DNA of 64,000 nt from an uncultured Alphaproteobacteria bacterium (GCA_902614395.1 CACMKW010000001.1:92489-156488); one strand, 5' to 3'. Shown: positions 28,628 through 38,035, numbered from the stretch's first letter. Notes: generated by a model from the letters alone, not told the origin. Made by a program: numbers and translations.

Positions 28628-30604
28628 TTATAAAGTTTTAATTATTTTTTCAATTAAGTAATCATCTGTTATCTTAAAGTGCTTATATAAATCTTTGTAT
28701 GGACCACTTTCACCAAATGTTGACATACCAACAAAATTTTCATTATTAATATATTTTTCCCAACCATTTATTACTCCAGCCTCAATAGCAAAAACAGGTT
28801 TATTTCCTATAATTTCATTTTTATAACCATCATCATTTTTCTCAAACAATTCAAATGAAGACATGCTTACAACTCTTATCTTTAAATTATTGTTTTCAAA
28901 AAGTTTATTTGATGCAGAGCAAGCAATCTCAACCTCAGAACCAGAAGATAAAATTGTTGCATCATATTCTTTAAAATCTCTTATTTTATACGCACCTTTA
29001 TTTACAAGATTTTCTTTTCGATTATCTTTTTGTAACATTGGTAGATTTTGTCTTGTTAAAACTAAGATTGTTGGTCCAGTATTTTTGATTGCACATTCCC
29101 ATGCTTCTATAGTTTCAATAATATCACAGGGCCTAATGACTGTTAAATTTGGTATAGATCTTAAAGATGCAAGATGTTCAACAGGTTGATGGGTTGGTCC
29201 ATCTTCTCCTAATCCTATTGAGTCATGCGTCATTACATAAATAACTGGTATATTCATAATAGCTGATAACCTAATTGAAGGTCTGCAATAATCCGTAAAT
29301 ACCAAAAACGTTCCTCCGTATGGAATTAAACCTTTATGCAAAGCAATGCCATTCATTACTCCAGCCATTCCATGTTCTCTGATACCGTAATGAATATAAT
29401 TTCCATTAAAATTATTAGATGTAATTACATTCATATCTATTGCCTTAGTATTATTTGATCCAGTTAGATCAGCAGATCCACCAATAAGATTTTTTTGATA
29501 GTTTGAAATTAAATTTAGCGTTAGCTCACTCGATTTTCTTGAAGCACAATTTGTTTTAGCATTAAAATGCTCAGATTTTAATTCACTAAGCTTTTCTGGA
29601 ATTTGATGATCAATTTTTTGATAAAAACTATCTTTAAAATTTTTACTTTCAATTAATTCTTTGTTTTTTGATAACCATGATTTTCTTGATTCTTCGTTTC
29701 TTTTATAGAATCTTCTCCACTCACGTAATAAATCATCTGGAATTTCAAACGGCAAATAATTCCATTCTAATTTATTTCTTGTTAAACTAATTTCATCTTC
29801 ACCAAGAGGTGAACCATGTGATGAAGCTGAACCCTCCTTGTTTGGAGAGCCAAAACCAATTTTAGTTTTACAAGATATAATTGTTGGAGCATCATTTTTT
29901 TTTGCTTGAATTATAGCTTGATCAATTTCCTTATAGTTATGACCATCTATTTCAATTATATTCCAATTATAAGCTTCAAATCTTTTTTTTACATTGTCTG
30001 AAACTGAAAGATCTGTTGATCCATCTATGGAAATAGAATTATTATCAAAAAACATAATAAGCTTATTTAATTTTAAATGTCCTGCGAGACTACACGCTTC
30101 ATGACTTAAACCTTCCATTAAGCATCCATCCCCAGCAAAAACATAAGTGTAATGATCGAATAATTCTTTCCCATAATTATTTGATAATTTTTTTTCAGCT
30201 AGCGCCATTCCAACTGCATTTGCTAAACCTTGAGACAAAGGTCCAGTAGTTGTTTCTATCCCTTCTGCACTTCCGTATTCTGGGTGACCTGCAGTTTTAT
30301 TATGTAATTGTCTAAAATTTTTAATTTGATTTATGTCAATGTCTTTATATCCTGTTAGATACAAACAAGCGTATAAGAGCATTGAGCCATGCCCATTTGA
30401 AATAATTAATCTATCTCTATCAATCCACTCCGGATCACTCGGATCAAACTTTAAATGATTTTTATAAAGAATTGTTGCAATGTCTGCCATACCCATAGGC
30501 ATACCAGGATGACCAGATTTTGCTTTTTCTACTGCATCCATTGATAAAAATCTAATACAATTTGAGAATTGTCTAAGATTGTTGATATTATTTAAATTAT
30601 TCAA
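28628..30604 (-). CDS. tkt: transketolase
   Basis: 658 aa. RFLSMDAVEKAKSGHPGMPMGMA, GDGCLMEGLSHEA, THDSIGLGEDGPTHQPVEHL. Confidence 0.95.
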   Translation of the reverse strand: MNNLNNINNLRQFSNCIRFLSMDAVEKAKSGHPGMPMGMADIATILYKNHLKFDPSDPEWIDRDRLIISNGHGSMLLYACLYLTGYKDIDINQIKNFRQLHNKTAGHPEYGSAEGIETTTGPLSQGLANAVGMALAEKKLSNNYGKELFDHYTYVFAGDGCLMEGLSHEACSLAGHLKLNKLIMFFDNNSISIDGSTDLSVSDNVKKRFEAYNWNIIEIDGHNYKEIDQAIIQAKKNDAPTIISCKTKIGFGSPNKEGSASSHGSPLGEDEISLTRNKLEWNYLPFEIPDDLLREWRRFYKRNEESRKSWLSKNKELIESKNFKDSFYQKIDHQIPEKLSELKSEHFNAKTNCASRKSSELTLNLISNYQKNLIGGSADLTGSNNTKAIDMNVITSNNFNGNYIHYGIREHGMAGVMNGIALHKGLIPYGGTFLVFTDYCRPSIRLSAIMNIPVIYVMTHDSIGLGEDGPTHQPVEHLASLRSIPNLTVIRPCDIIETIEAWECAIKNTGPTILVLTRQNLPMLQKDNRKENLVNKGAYKIRDFKEYDATILSSGSEVEIACSASNKLFENNNLKIRVVSMSSFELFEKNDDGYKNEIIGNKPVFAIEAGVINGWEKYINNENFVGMSTFGESGPYKDLYKHFKITDDYLIEKIIKTL

Positions 30605-30624
30605 ATACTTACCTTTATGGTTGA

Positions 30625-30687
30625 TATAAAATTATTTAATATGGGTTCATTACAGTGACAATTATAAAATTACAAACTATAAAATTA
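30625..30687. repeat. three direct copies of TATAAAATTA in the divergent tkt / zapA-operon spacer
   Basis: Exact 10-mers at 30625..30634, 30663..30672 and 30678..30687. The last ends 2 nt before the ATG at 30690. May be reiterated -10-like elements or an operator. Confidence 0.5.
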
Positions 30688-30689
30688 TA

Positions 30690-30878
30690 ATGGAAAAACA
30701 AAAAAAAATTACAGTTCTTAGCGAAAACTTAAATAATCTAAGATCAGCTTTAGAAGATTTTAGGGATCATCATATTTCCAAAAAAGAAAAAATTAAAAAT
30801 CTTGAAAATGAAATTAAAAATTTAAGAAAACAAATGTCTGAGTATATTGATGAATTGGAACTTATAATTAAGAAATAA
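30690..30878 (+). CDS. small coiled-coil protein (DUF4164-like, zapA-associated)
   Basis: 62 aa, entirely heptad-like. Sits immediately upstream of zapA, as the DUF4164 gene does in alphaproteobacteria. The family call is largely positional. Confidence 0.5.
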   Translation: MEKQKKITVLSENLNNLRSALEDFRDHHISKKEKIKNLENEIKNLRKQMSEYIDELELIIKK

Positions 30879-30880
30879 CT

Positions 30881-31300
30881 ATGCCGTTTTATAAGACAAA
30901 AATTTTAAACAGAGAAATATCATTAGAATATGAAAAAAAAGATGAAAAAAAAATAATAGATTCAATAAATTTAATTAATGAAAAAATTAATGATAAATTA
31001 CAAAATCCAAAATATTCTAATGGAAAAATAAGTGATACTATATTGTTATCACTTCTCTCTATTGAGCTTCAAGCAGAGCTTTCAGAAAAATTAAATATAG
31101 AAAGAAGTTCAGAAGTAAATAATGCCAAGATTGAAGAATATCTAAAGAACAATTTAGAACTTAAAGATAAAATACTAAAACTACAAAATGAAAAAAAAAT
31201 TTTAGAAGATGAAAAATTGAAATTAGATCAAGAATTTGATGAAATAAATAAAAAAGTAGAGGGTCTAATTGATATAATTAAGAATTCTTATTATGAATAA
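30881..31300 (+). CDS. zapA: cell division protein ZapA
   Basis: 139 aa. N-terminal block KILNREISLEYEKKDEKKI..., then LLSLLSIELQAEL and a long C-terminal coiled coil. Conserved position upstream of 5-formyl-THF cyclo-ligase. Confidence 0.7.
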   Translation: MPFYKTKILNREISLEYEKKDEKKIIDSINLINEKINDKLQNPKYSNGKISDTILLSLLSIELQAELSEKLNIERSSEVNNAKIEEYLKNNLELKDKILKLQNEKKILEDEKLKLDQEFDEINKKVEGLIDIIKNSYYE

Positions 31301-31874
31301 CATTAAAGATGAAAAATCAATTATTAGAAAAAAACAAAAAATTCTAAGAGATAAGATTTTTAATAATAATACATCTCATTTTGCTTTATCTTTGTTTAAT
31401 GAATTTTTTGAAAAAATTAACTTTCAAGAAATCAATATAGTATCTAGTTTTATTTCTATAAATTCTGAGATAAATACAATAGAGCTTAATAATCTTATCT
31501 TTATTAAAAATAAAATTTTATGTCTTCCTGTAATTGATAAAAAAAATAGTCATTTAATCTTTAAGCAATTTAAAAGTGAAGAGAATTTTGTAAAAGGACA
31601 TATGAATATATCAGAGCCTCAAAATAATAATAAAATTTTAATTCCTGAATTAATTTTTGTACCTTGTTTAGCTTTTGATAATAAGGGAAATAGATTAGGT
31701 TATGGTGGAGGTTATTATGACAGGACTTTTGCTTATTTAAAGCAAATTAATCATAGATTTATCTCTGTAGCCTATGCATATGAAGAACAAAAGTTAGATT
31801 ACATACCTATAGACAAATTTGATTTTAAAGTCGATTATGTTATTACTGAAAAAAATTTATATAGCTTTCAATGA
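31293..31874 (+). CDS. 5-formyltetrahydrofolate cyclo-ligase
   Basis: 193 aa. IRKKQKILRDKIF start. LIFVPCLAFDNKGNRLGYGGGYYDR is the family signature. 8-nt overlap with zapA. Confidence 0.88.
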   Translation: MNNIKDEKSIIRKKQKILRDKIFNNNTSHFALSLFNEFFEKINFQEINIVSSFISINSEINTIELNNLIFIKNKILCLPVIDKKNSHLIFKQFKSEENFVKGHMNISEPQNNNKILIPELIFVPCLAFDNKGNRLGYGGGYYDRTFAYLKQINHRFISVAYAYEEQKLDYIPIDKFDFKVDYVITEKNLYSFQ

Positions 31875-32662
31875 AAATTCTTTTTATAGGTGATATTGTC
31901 GGTAAGGCGTCACGAAAAAAAATTAAGGAAATTATTCCAACACTCAAATCTAAATATAATACAGATATGATTATTGCTAATGGTGAGAATGCTACTTCTG
32001 GTTATGGACTGTCAAAAAAGGATGCAGAAGAATTATTTTCCTACGGATTAGATCTACTTACACTTGGGAATCATGCGTGGGATCAAAGAGATATGCTTTC
32101 TTATATTGAAGAAAATCCAAAAATAATAAGGGCTTTGAATTACCCTGACGGTGTTCCTGGAAAAGGATATTATAAGCTTGAGCATTTAAATGGAAAAAAA
32201 ATTATCGTAGTACAAGTTTTACTCAGATTATTTATGAATTTATCATTAGATGACCCTTTTAAAAGTATAATTGAATTTCTTCAAAAAGAGAAATTAGGTA
32301 GCACGTGTGACGGAATAATAATTGATATGCATGGTGAAGCAACCTCTGAAAAAAAAGCATTTGGATATTACGTTGATGGAAAAGTTTCGGCAGTTTTAGG
32401 TACACATACACATGTTCCTACGGCAGACAGTGTTATTTTACCTAAAGGTACAGCGTATCAAACAGATGTGGGAATGTCAGGTGATTATAATTCAATAATT
32501 GGTTTCGATATAGAAAATCCAATTCATGGATTTGTTAAGGGGTATAGAGCTGAAGGTAGATTTACACCTGCAACTGAAAACGTAACTATATGTGGAACTT
32601 TAATTGAAATCGATATTAATACTGGTTTAGCCAAAAATATCACCCCAATTCAAGAGAAATAA
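31871..32662 (+). CDS. YmdB-like metallophosphoesterase (TIGR00282 family)
   Basis: 263 aa. MKILFIGDIVGK, ANGENATSGYGLS, DMHGEATSEK, GTHTHVPTAD. Confidence 0.88.
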   Translation: MKILFIGDIVGKASRKKIKEIIPTLKSKYNTDMIIANGENATSGYGLSKKDAEELFSYGLDLLTLGNHAWDQRDMLSYIEENPKIIRALNYPDGVPGKGYYKLEHLNGKKIIVVQVLLRLFMNLSLDDPFKSIIEFLQKEKLGSTCDGIIIDMHGEATSEKKAFGYYVDGKVSAVLGTHTHVPTADSVILPKGTAYQTDVGMSGDYNSIIGFDIENPIHGFVKGYRAEGRFTPATENVTICGTLIEIDINTGLAKNITPIQEK

Positions 32663-32741
32663 TTTACATATATTAGACACATTTATCTACTATTTTATAT
32701 CTTTACTAACATCGGATAAAATATTTATAAATCTATTCGTT

Positions 32742-33491
32742 ATGGCAGGGCACTCGAAATTTAAAAATATTATGCATCGTAAAGGTGCTCAAGATAAAAA
32801 AAGAGCAAAAGTATTCTCAAGACTTGGAAGAGAAATTTCTGTTGCTGTCAAAGTTGGTGGTGAAGATATTGAAAGTAATATCAGATTAAGATCAGCAATT
32901 GCTTCAGCCAAGTCTCTAAATATGCCAAAAGATAACATTGAGAGAGCAATTAAAAAAGGCCAAGGGAATGACCCCGATAGTAATTATGAAGAAGTAAGAT
33001 ATGAGGGGTATGGACCCGAAGGTATTGCAATAATAGTTGAGGCCCTTACAAATAATAAAAATAGAACAGCTGCAGAGATTAGGTCATCTTTTAGCAAACA
33101 TGGAGGTAATTTGGGTGAAACAGGTAGCGTTAGTTTTGGTTTTGATAGATTTGGAAATATCACTCTTGATAAAAACTTAGTAAAAGAAGATCAGCTTCTA
33201 GAATTTCTTATTGAAAATAATAGTGAAGATTACGAAATTAATGACACTGAATATTCAATATACTGTGATCAAAATAATTTGCATGAACTTAATGATAAAT
33301 TAATTAAACAGTATGGTCAGACTAACTCTGCAAATTTAATCTGGAAAAGTAAAAATAATATAAATATTGGAAAAGATACAGCAGACAAACTATTTAAATT
33401 ACTTGAAGTTTTAGAAGACAATGACGACGTTCAAGTTGTATCATCAAATTTTGAAGTTGATGATAATGTATTATCTTCACTCACAGCCTAA
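32742..33491 (+). CDS. yebC: YebC/PmpR-family DNA-binding regulator
   Basis: 249 aa. MAGHSKFKNIMHRKGAQDKKRAKVFSRLGREI and YEGYGPEGIAIIVEALTNNKNRTAAEIR. Confidence 0.93.
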   Translation: MAGHSKFKNIMHRKGAQDKKRAKVFSRLGREISVAVKVGGEDIESNIRLRSAIASAKSLNMPKDNIERAIKKGQGNDPDSNYEEVRYEGYGPEGIAIIVEALTNNKNRTAAEIRSSFSKHGGNLGETGSVSFGFDRFGNITLDKNLVKEDQLLEFLIENNSEDYEINDTEYSIYCDQNNLHELNDKLIKQYGQTNSANLIWKSKNNINIGKDTADKLFKLLEVLEDNDDVQVVSSNFEVDDNVLSSLTA

Positions 33492-33505
33492 TGAAAGGAA
33501 TATAG

Positions 33506-33799
33506 ATGCCTGATAAAGCCTGGAAAAAAAGAGAAAGAGATGTAGCAAATTATTTCAATGGGAAGAGGACACCTTTGAGCGGAGGTAATGGTAAAGTAAC
33601 AAGAGCTGATGTAATTCATGAAGATTTATTCATAGAATGTAAATTAAGAGCAAAGCATACAGCAATTAGTTTATGGGATGATACCGCAAAGCTTGCCAAA
33701 GAAGAGGGTAAGACACCCGTAATAGCATTATGTGAAAAAAATAGACCAGGTTTTTGGGTTATGGTTCATAGTAGTGATCTTGAAAAAATTAAAAAATAA
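33506..33799 (+). CDS. small PD-(D/E)XK nuclease resembling archaeal Hjc-type Holliday-junction resolvase
   Basis: 97 aa. E10 (KKRERDVANYF), D35 (TRADVI), E44-C-K46 (LFIECK) give an E...D...ExK spacing close to Hjc. The R-x-P-L-SGG loop and the TPVIAL and GFWVMV strands also line up. Sits where ruvC normally follows yebC. Confidence 0.6.
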   Translation: MPDKAWKKRERDVANYFNGKRTPLSGGNGKVTRADVIHEDLFIECKLRAKHTAISLWDDTAKLAKEEGKTPVIALCEKNRPGFWVMVHSSDLEKIKK

Positions 33800-33804
33800 A
33801 TATT

Positions 33805-34518
33805 ATGGCAGATATAAATAGCACCAATTTAACGACAGAAGCTCCAGATTTTTCAATGCTTGCGTTATTTATGCAAGCTGACCTTGTAGTTAAATCTGTA
33901 ATTATAATTTTAATCCTAGCCTCTCTTTATTCTTGGAATGTAATAATTTCAAAAATTTTAAGAATTAGACAATTAAAAAAACTTGAAAAAGAATTTGAAG
34001 ATATTTTTTGGTCTGGAAATTCATTTGAAGATTTATATGAGACATTAAACTTTAATCAGACAGATCCAAAATCAAAATTATTTTGCGCTGCAATTTTAGA
34101 GTGGAAAAAAAGTAAAACTCAGTTTGAAAATGATACATCTGATATTAATTCTTTAAAAGACAGAATGATGAGATCAATGACAGTTGTTTTTAATAAAGAA
34201 AGTGAAAATGTTGAAAGAAATTTAACATTCCTCGCAACTGCTGGATCAACTGCACCTTTTATTGGATTATTTGGAACAGTCTGGGGTATAATGAATAGTT
34301 TTAAATCTATAGCAATAGCTCAAAATACAAATTTAGCAGTAGTTGCACCAGGAATTGCTGAGGCCCTTTTTGCAACTGCATTAGGTCTTTTTGTGGCTAT
34401 ACCTGCTGTAGTTGCCTACAATAAAATTTCAAACGATTTATCAAAATATTTTATATCCTTGGAAACATTTATGGATGAATTTTCAACAATTTTTTTTAGA
34501 CAATTAGAGAAAAAATAA
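33805..34518 (+). CDS. tolQ: Tol-Pal system protein TolQ
   Basis: 237 aa. MotA/TolQ/ExbB signature LATAGSTAPFIGLFGTVWGIMNSF and GIAEALFATALGL. Confidence 0.92.
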   Translation: MADINSTNLTTEAPDFSMLALFMQADLVVKSVIIILILASLYSWNVIISKILRIRQLKKLEKEFEDIFWSGNSFEDLYETLNFNQTDPKSKLFCAAILEWKKSKTQFENDTSDINSLKDRMMRSMTVVFNKESENVERNLTFLATAGSTAPFIGLFGTVWGIMNSFKSIAIAQNTNLAVVAPGIAEALFATALGLFVAIPAVVAYNKISNDLSKYFISLETFMDEFSTIFFRQLEKK

Positions 34519-34519
34519 A

Positions 34520-34945
34520 TTGATTACCTCAAATAATTTAAACAAACGAAAGAAGCAAAGGTACACTCAAATGAGTGAAATAAATGTTACACCTTTTGTG
34601 GATGTTATGCTTGTTTTACTAATTGTTTTTATGGTTACCGCACCTCTCCTTACGGTTGGAATTAAAGTTGACTTACCAAAGGTTAAAGCTACCGCATTAA
34701 CTGATATTAAAGATCCAATTGAGATAACCGTTAAGTTAGACGGAGAAGTCTACATTGGAGAATCAAAGGTTGAAGTAGAAAATTTAATTCCTCGACTAAA
34801 CGCTGTTACTGAACAAAATACTGAAGCAAGAATTTATATACGAGGTGATAGAGTAGTAGCTTATGGAAGGATTATGGAAATTATGTCCATAATAAATTCA
34901 GCAGGATATATTAAAGTTGCATTAATTACTCAAAATCTTGATTAA
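34520..34945 (+). CDS. tolR: Tol-Pal system protein TolR
   Basis: 141 aa from a TTG start. MSEINVTPFVDVMLVLLIVFMVTAP is the ExbD/TolR signature. Alternative ATG start at 34571; the basic tail RKKQRY favours the TTG start. Confidence 0.88.
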   Translation: MITSNNLNKRKKQRYTQMSEINVTPFVDVMLVLLIVFMVTAPLLTVGIKVDLPKVKATALTDIKDPIEITVKLDGEVYIGESKVEVENLIPRLNAVTEQNTEARIYIRGDRVVAYGRIMEIMSIINSAGYIKVALITQNLD

Positions 34946-34948
34946 TAG

Positions 34949-36019
34949 ATGGATCGTATAAGCTATAATAGTTTAAAAATTATAAACTTTTTCGAAAATT
35001 TAAATCCTAAAACATCAGGAGTTATTTTTTCAACACTAATACATTTAATTATCCTTTTGTTTATGGTCGGCTTACCAAATTTTTTTTCTCCTAAAGAAAT
35101 ATACGTTCCAAACATAATACCTATTGAAATACTTAATGTTGATGAAAATACAAATTTGAAAAAATCTGATACTGAAAAACCAGAAAATAAAAATAAGGAA
35201 ACAATTACTAAGAAAAAAAAATTTAATTCATCAGATCAATTAGAAGTAAAAAAAAATATTGAAATAAATAAAACTGAAATTGAAGAAAAAACTAATCCAA
35301 ATCAACCAGTTTTGGAAATGAAACAAACTCCAAATTTAGAAGTTAAGGAAACAAAACAAGTAGTTATCAAAGAAAAGGAAATTTTAGAGGTTAAGAAAAA
35401 AATAGAAACAATTAAAACTGATATAATTAAACCAAAACTCAAACCAAAGCCAAAAAATATAAATAATGAAAATGTTAAATCTGATTTAGATGTTGAAACA
35501 AACATAAAGGATAAACCAAAGTTGGAAAGTGATAAAGCCGTATCTAAACCAAAGCCGAAACCTGAAAAAGATTTTAGCATAGCATCAATGCTTAAAGATT
35601 TAAGAAATGAAAAAACAAATATGGTTCAAAATGAGGTTAAGGAAGAGGTTGAAGAAGTTGTTAATAAAAGTACAGATGATACTGATAACAATGTAATACT
35701 ATCAATATCTGAAATAGATATGTTGAGGCAACAATTATCTTCTTGTTGGAATGCTCCAGCAGGAGCAGTTATAGAAAGAGGAGATAAGGTTACAATTTCA
35801 GCAAAAGTATTACAAAATATGAAGGTTTCACCAAATAGTATCCGCATTGTTGACACAAATATAGCTAAAACTAATCCTTTTTATGGACCAATTACTGATA
35901 GCGCAATGAGAACTCTCTTAAACCCAGAATGTACTCCGTTAAAACTTCCAAAAGATAAATATAATCTATGGAAAAATCTTACAATTACTTTTGATTATAG
36001 TATTATGAAGGGCTATTGA
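34949..36019 (+). CDS. tolA: TolA-like cell envelope integrity protein
   Basis: 356 aa. One N-terminal TM, a long K/E/P-rich spacer (KPKLKPKPK, SKPKPKPEK), and a C-terminal domain with LSSCWNAPAGA typical of alphaproteobacterial TolA. Lies between tolR and tolB. Confidence 0.8.
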   Translation: MDRISYNSLKIINFFENLNPKTSGVIFSTLIHLIILLFMVGLPNFFSPKEIYVPNIIPIEILNVDENTNLKKSDTEKPENKNKETITKKKKFNSSDQLEVKKNIEINKTEIEEKTNPNQPVLEMKQTPNLEVKETKQVVIKEKEILEVKKKIETIKTDIIKPKLKPKPKNINNENVKSDLDVETNIKDKPKLESDKAVSKPKPKPEKDFSIASMLKDLRNEKTNMVQNEVKEEVEEVVNKSTDDTDNNVILSISEIDMLRQQLSSCWNAPAGAVIERGDKVTISAKVLQNMKVSPNSIRIVDTNIAKTNPFYGPITDSAMRTLLNPECTPLKLPKDKYNLWKNLTITFDYSIMKGY

Positions 36020-37335
36020 TGAAAAAAGTTTTCTTAATAACCCTTTTTTTATTTTCTAGTTTTAAAGTCTATTCATTAGAAGTGACTCTAACACAAGGTA
36101 GTGTGAAACCAACTCCAATTGCTGTTACAGAGTTATATTCAAAAAATACACAATTAACAAAAGTAGGTAAAAATATTTCAACTGTAATTTCTGATAACTT
36201 AGAAAGATCTGGGCTTTTTTTACCTATTGATAAAAGGTCATTTATCCAAGATAATGAGTCATTGGCAAACAAGCCAAGATTTGAAGATTGGAAATTAATA
36301 AAAGCTCAACATTTAGTTTCTGGAAAAATTTCATCTAATAATGGAAAAATATCTGTCGAATTTAGATTGTATGATGTGTTTCAACAAAAGCAAATTGTGG
36401 GAAAAAAATATGAGACTAATGAAAAAAATTGGCGAAGAGTCGCTCATATTATTTCAGATTCTATTTTTAAAAATATAACAGGTGAAGGTGGTTACTTTGA
36501 TACAAGAATAGTTTATGTTGCTGAGACAGGACCAAAAGAAAATAAACAAAAAAGATTAGCAATCATGGATCAAGATCAATCAAACCATCGTTTTTTAACA
36601 GACGGATCATATCTAGTTTTAACTCCAAGGTTCTCTCCTAATTCACAAAAAATTACATACATGTCTTATGTAAATAGAAACAATCCAAGAGTTTACATAT
36701 TTGATATAGAAACTGGTAAGCAAGAAATAGTAGGAGAGTTTCCTGGAATGACATTTGCGCCACGTTTTTCACCTGACGGTAATCAAATCGTCATGTCTTA
36801 TACGGATCCAGAAATTGGTAATTCTGAAATTTATATTCTTGATCTTAAAACAAGAATTTCAAAAAGAGTTACTAATAATTCTTCAATAGATGTTTCTGCT
36901 AGTTTTTCACCAGATGGAAAAAAAATAGTTTTTAATTCAGATAGAAGTGGAAGAAGACATTTATATGTCAGTGATAATAATGGAAAAAATATTAAAAGAA
37001 TTAGCAGGGAAGCCGGAAGTTACTACACACCTGTCTGGTCACCGAGAGGTGATATGATTGCGTTTACTAAACAAGAGGGAGGGCAATTTTATATAGGTGT
37101 TATGGAAGTTGACGGTTCAAATGAAAGAATGATTGCAAAATCATTCCATGTTGAGGGACCAACATGGGCACCTAATGGTAGATTTTTGATGTATTTTAAA
37201 GAAGAGAGAACTGCTGAGGATGGATCAGGGGGTGAATCCAGTCTATATTCTATTGATTTGACTGGTTTTAATGAAAGAAAAGTAATCACTCCCTTAGGAG
37301 GATCTGACCCAGCTTGGTCTCCTTTAATGCATTAA
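36016..37335 (+). CDS. tolB: Tol-Pal system beta-propeller protein TolB
   Basis: 439 aa. Signal peptide, then repeated PRFSPDG / ASFSPDGKKIVFNSDRSG / PVWSPRGD / PTWAPNGR propeller blades. Confidence 0.93.
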   Translation: MMKKVFLITLFLFSSFKVYSLEVTLTQGSVKPTPIAVTELYSKNTQLTKVGKNISTVISDNLERSGLFLPIDKRSFIQDNESLANKPRFEDWKLIKAQHLVSGKISSNNGKISVEFRLYDVFQQKQIVGKKYETNEKNWRRVAHIISDSIFKNITGEGGYFDTRIVYVAETGPKENKQKRLAIMDQDQSNHRFLTDGSYLVLTPRFSPNSQKITYMSYVNRNNPRVYIFDIETGKQEIVGEFPGMTFAPRFSPDGNQIVMSYTDPEIGNSEIYILDLKTRISKRVTNNSSIDVSASFSPDGKKIVFNSDRSGRRHLYVSDNNGKNIKRISREAGSYYTPVWSPRGDMIAFTKQEGGQFYIGVMEVDGSNERMIAKSFHVEGPTWAPNGRFLMYFKEERTAEDGSGGESSLYSIDLTGFNERKVITPLGGSDPAWSPLMH

Positions 37336-37436
37336 TTCAATATAATACAAAAAAGTATACGAAATTTTAAAAAAAATGTTAAGGAACTGGTTGTAATTTA
37401 GTATATCTACTTAAAGTATTAAGGGAGCAATTTTTT

Positions 37437-37958
37437 ATGTTTTACAAGTTTTTTATCTCTATATTTATGGTTTTGTTTGTTGCAGCTTGTGCAACGACAC
37501 CAAAAGACTCAGCTGACTCTTCTGGTTCAGGATCAAGTAGTTCTGGAAGTGATGTTTCTTCAGAAGGAACAATTACTGAGACAGCAGGAAGTGGAATAAT
37601 TTCTGGATCACAGGAAGACTTAATTGTTAATGTTGGTGATAGAGTATTTTTTGGATATGATAGTTCAGACTTAGATTCTGACGCTCTGGAGTTACTTCAA
37701 GATCAAGTTGCATGGCTTAAGCAGAATAGCGATGTTTCTGTCACAATTGAAGGACACTGCGATGAAAGAGGAACTAGAGAGTACAACTTAGCTCTTGGTG
37801 AAAAAAGAGCTCAGGCTGTTAAAAATTATCTTATAGGATTAGGAATAAATCCTGATAGAGTTTCAACTATTAGTTATGGTAAGGAAAGACCTGCTGTTGT
37901 CGGATCAAACGATGGAGCATGGGCTCAAAACAGAAGATCAGTAACTTTAGTAAATTAA
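37437..37958 (+). CDS. pal: peptidoglycan-associated lipoprotein Pal (OmpA family)
   Basis: 173 aa. Lipobox LFVAAC, Ser/Gly-rich linker, OmpA-like domain TIEGHCDERGTREYNLALGEKRAQAVKNYL. AAGGGAG SD upstream. Confidence 0.93.
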   Translation: MFYKFFISIFMVLFVAACATTPKDSADSSGSGSSSSGSDVSSEGTITETAGSGIISGSQEDLIVNVGDRVFFGYDSSDLDSDALELLQDQVAWLKQNSDVSVTIEGHCDERGTREYNLALGEKRAQAVKNYLIGLGINPDRVSTISYGKERPAVVGSNDGAWAQNRRSVTLVN

Positions 37959-37978
37959 TTATTATTCCTTAATACTTT

Positions 37979-38009
37979 GGCGCTATAGAAATATAGCGCC
38001 ACATTTTTA
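37979..38009 (+). terminator. rho-independent terminator after pal
   Basis: Perfect 9-bp GC-rich stem GGCGCTATA (37979..37987) / TATAGCGCC (37992..38000), GAAA tetraloop, then ACATTTTTA. Confidence 0.8.
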
Positions 38010-38035
38010 TCTCAATTAGAAATTAAAATCAGTTA

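Noticed and set aside
35380-35580. Repetitive AAACCAAA/GCCAAA DNA in tolA that could look like a tandem repeat.
   Set aside because: It is the coding sequence of the K/P-rich TolA spacer (KPKLKPKPK, SKPKPKPEK). This is protein-level low complexity, not a DNA repeat array or CRISPR.
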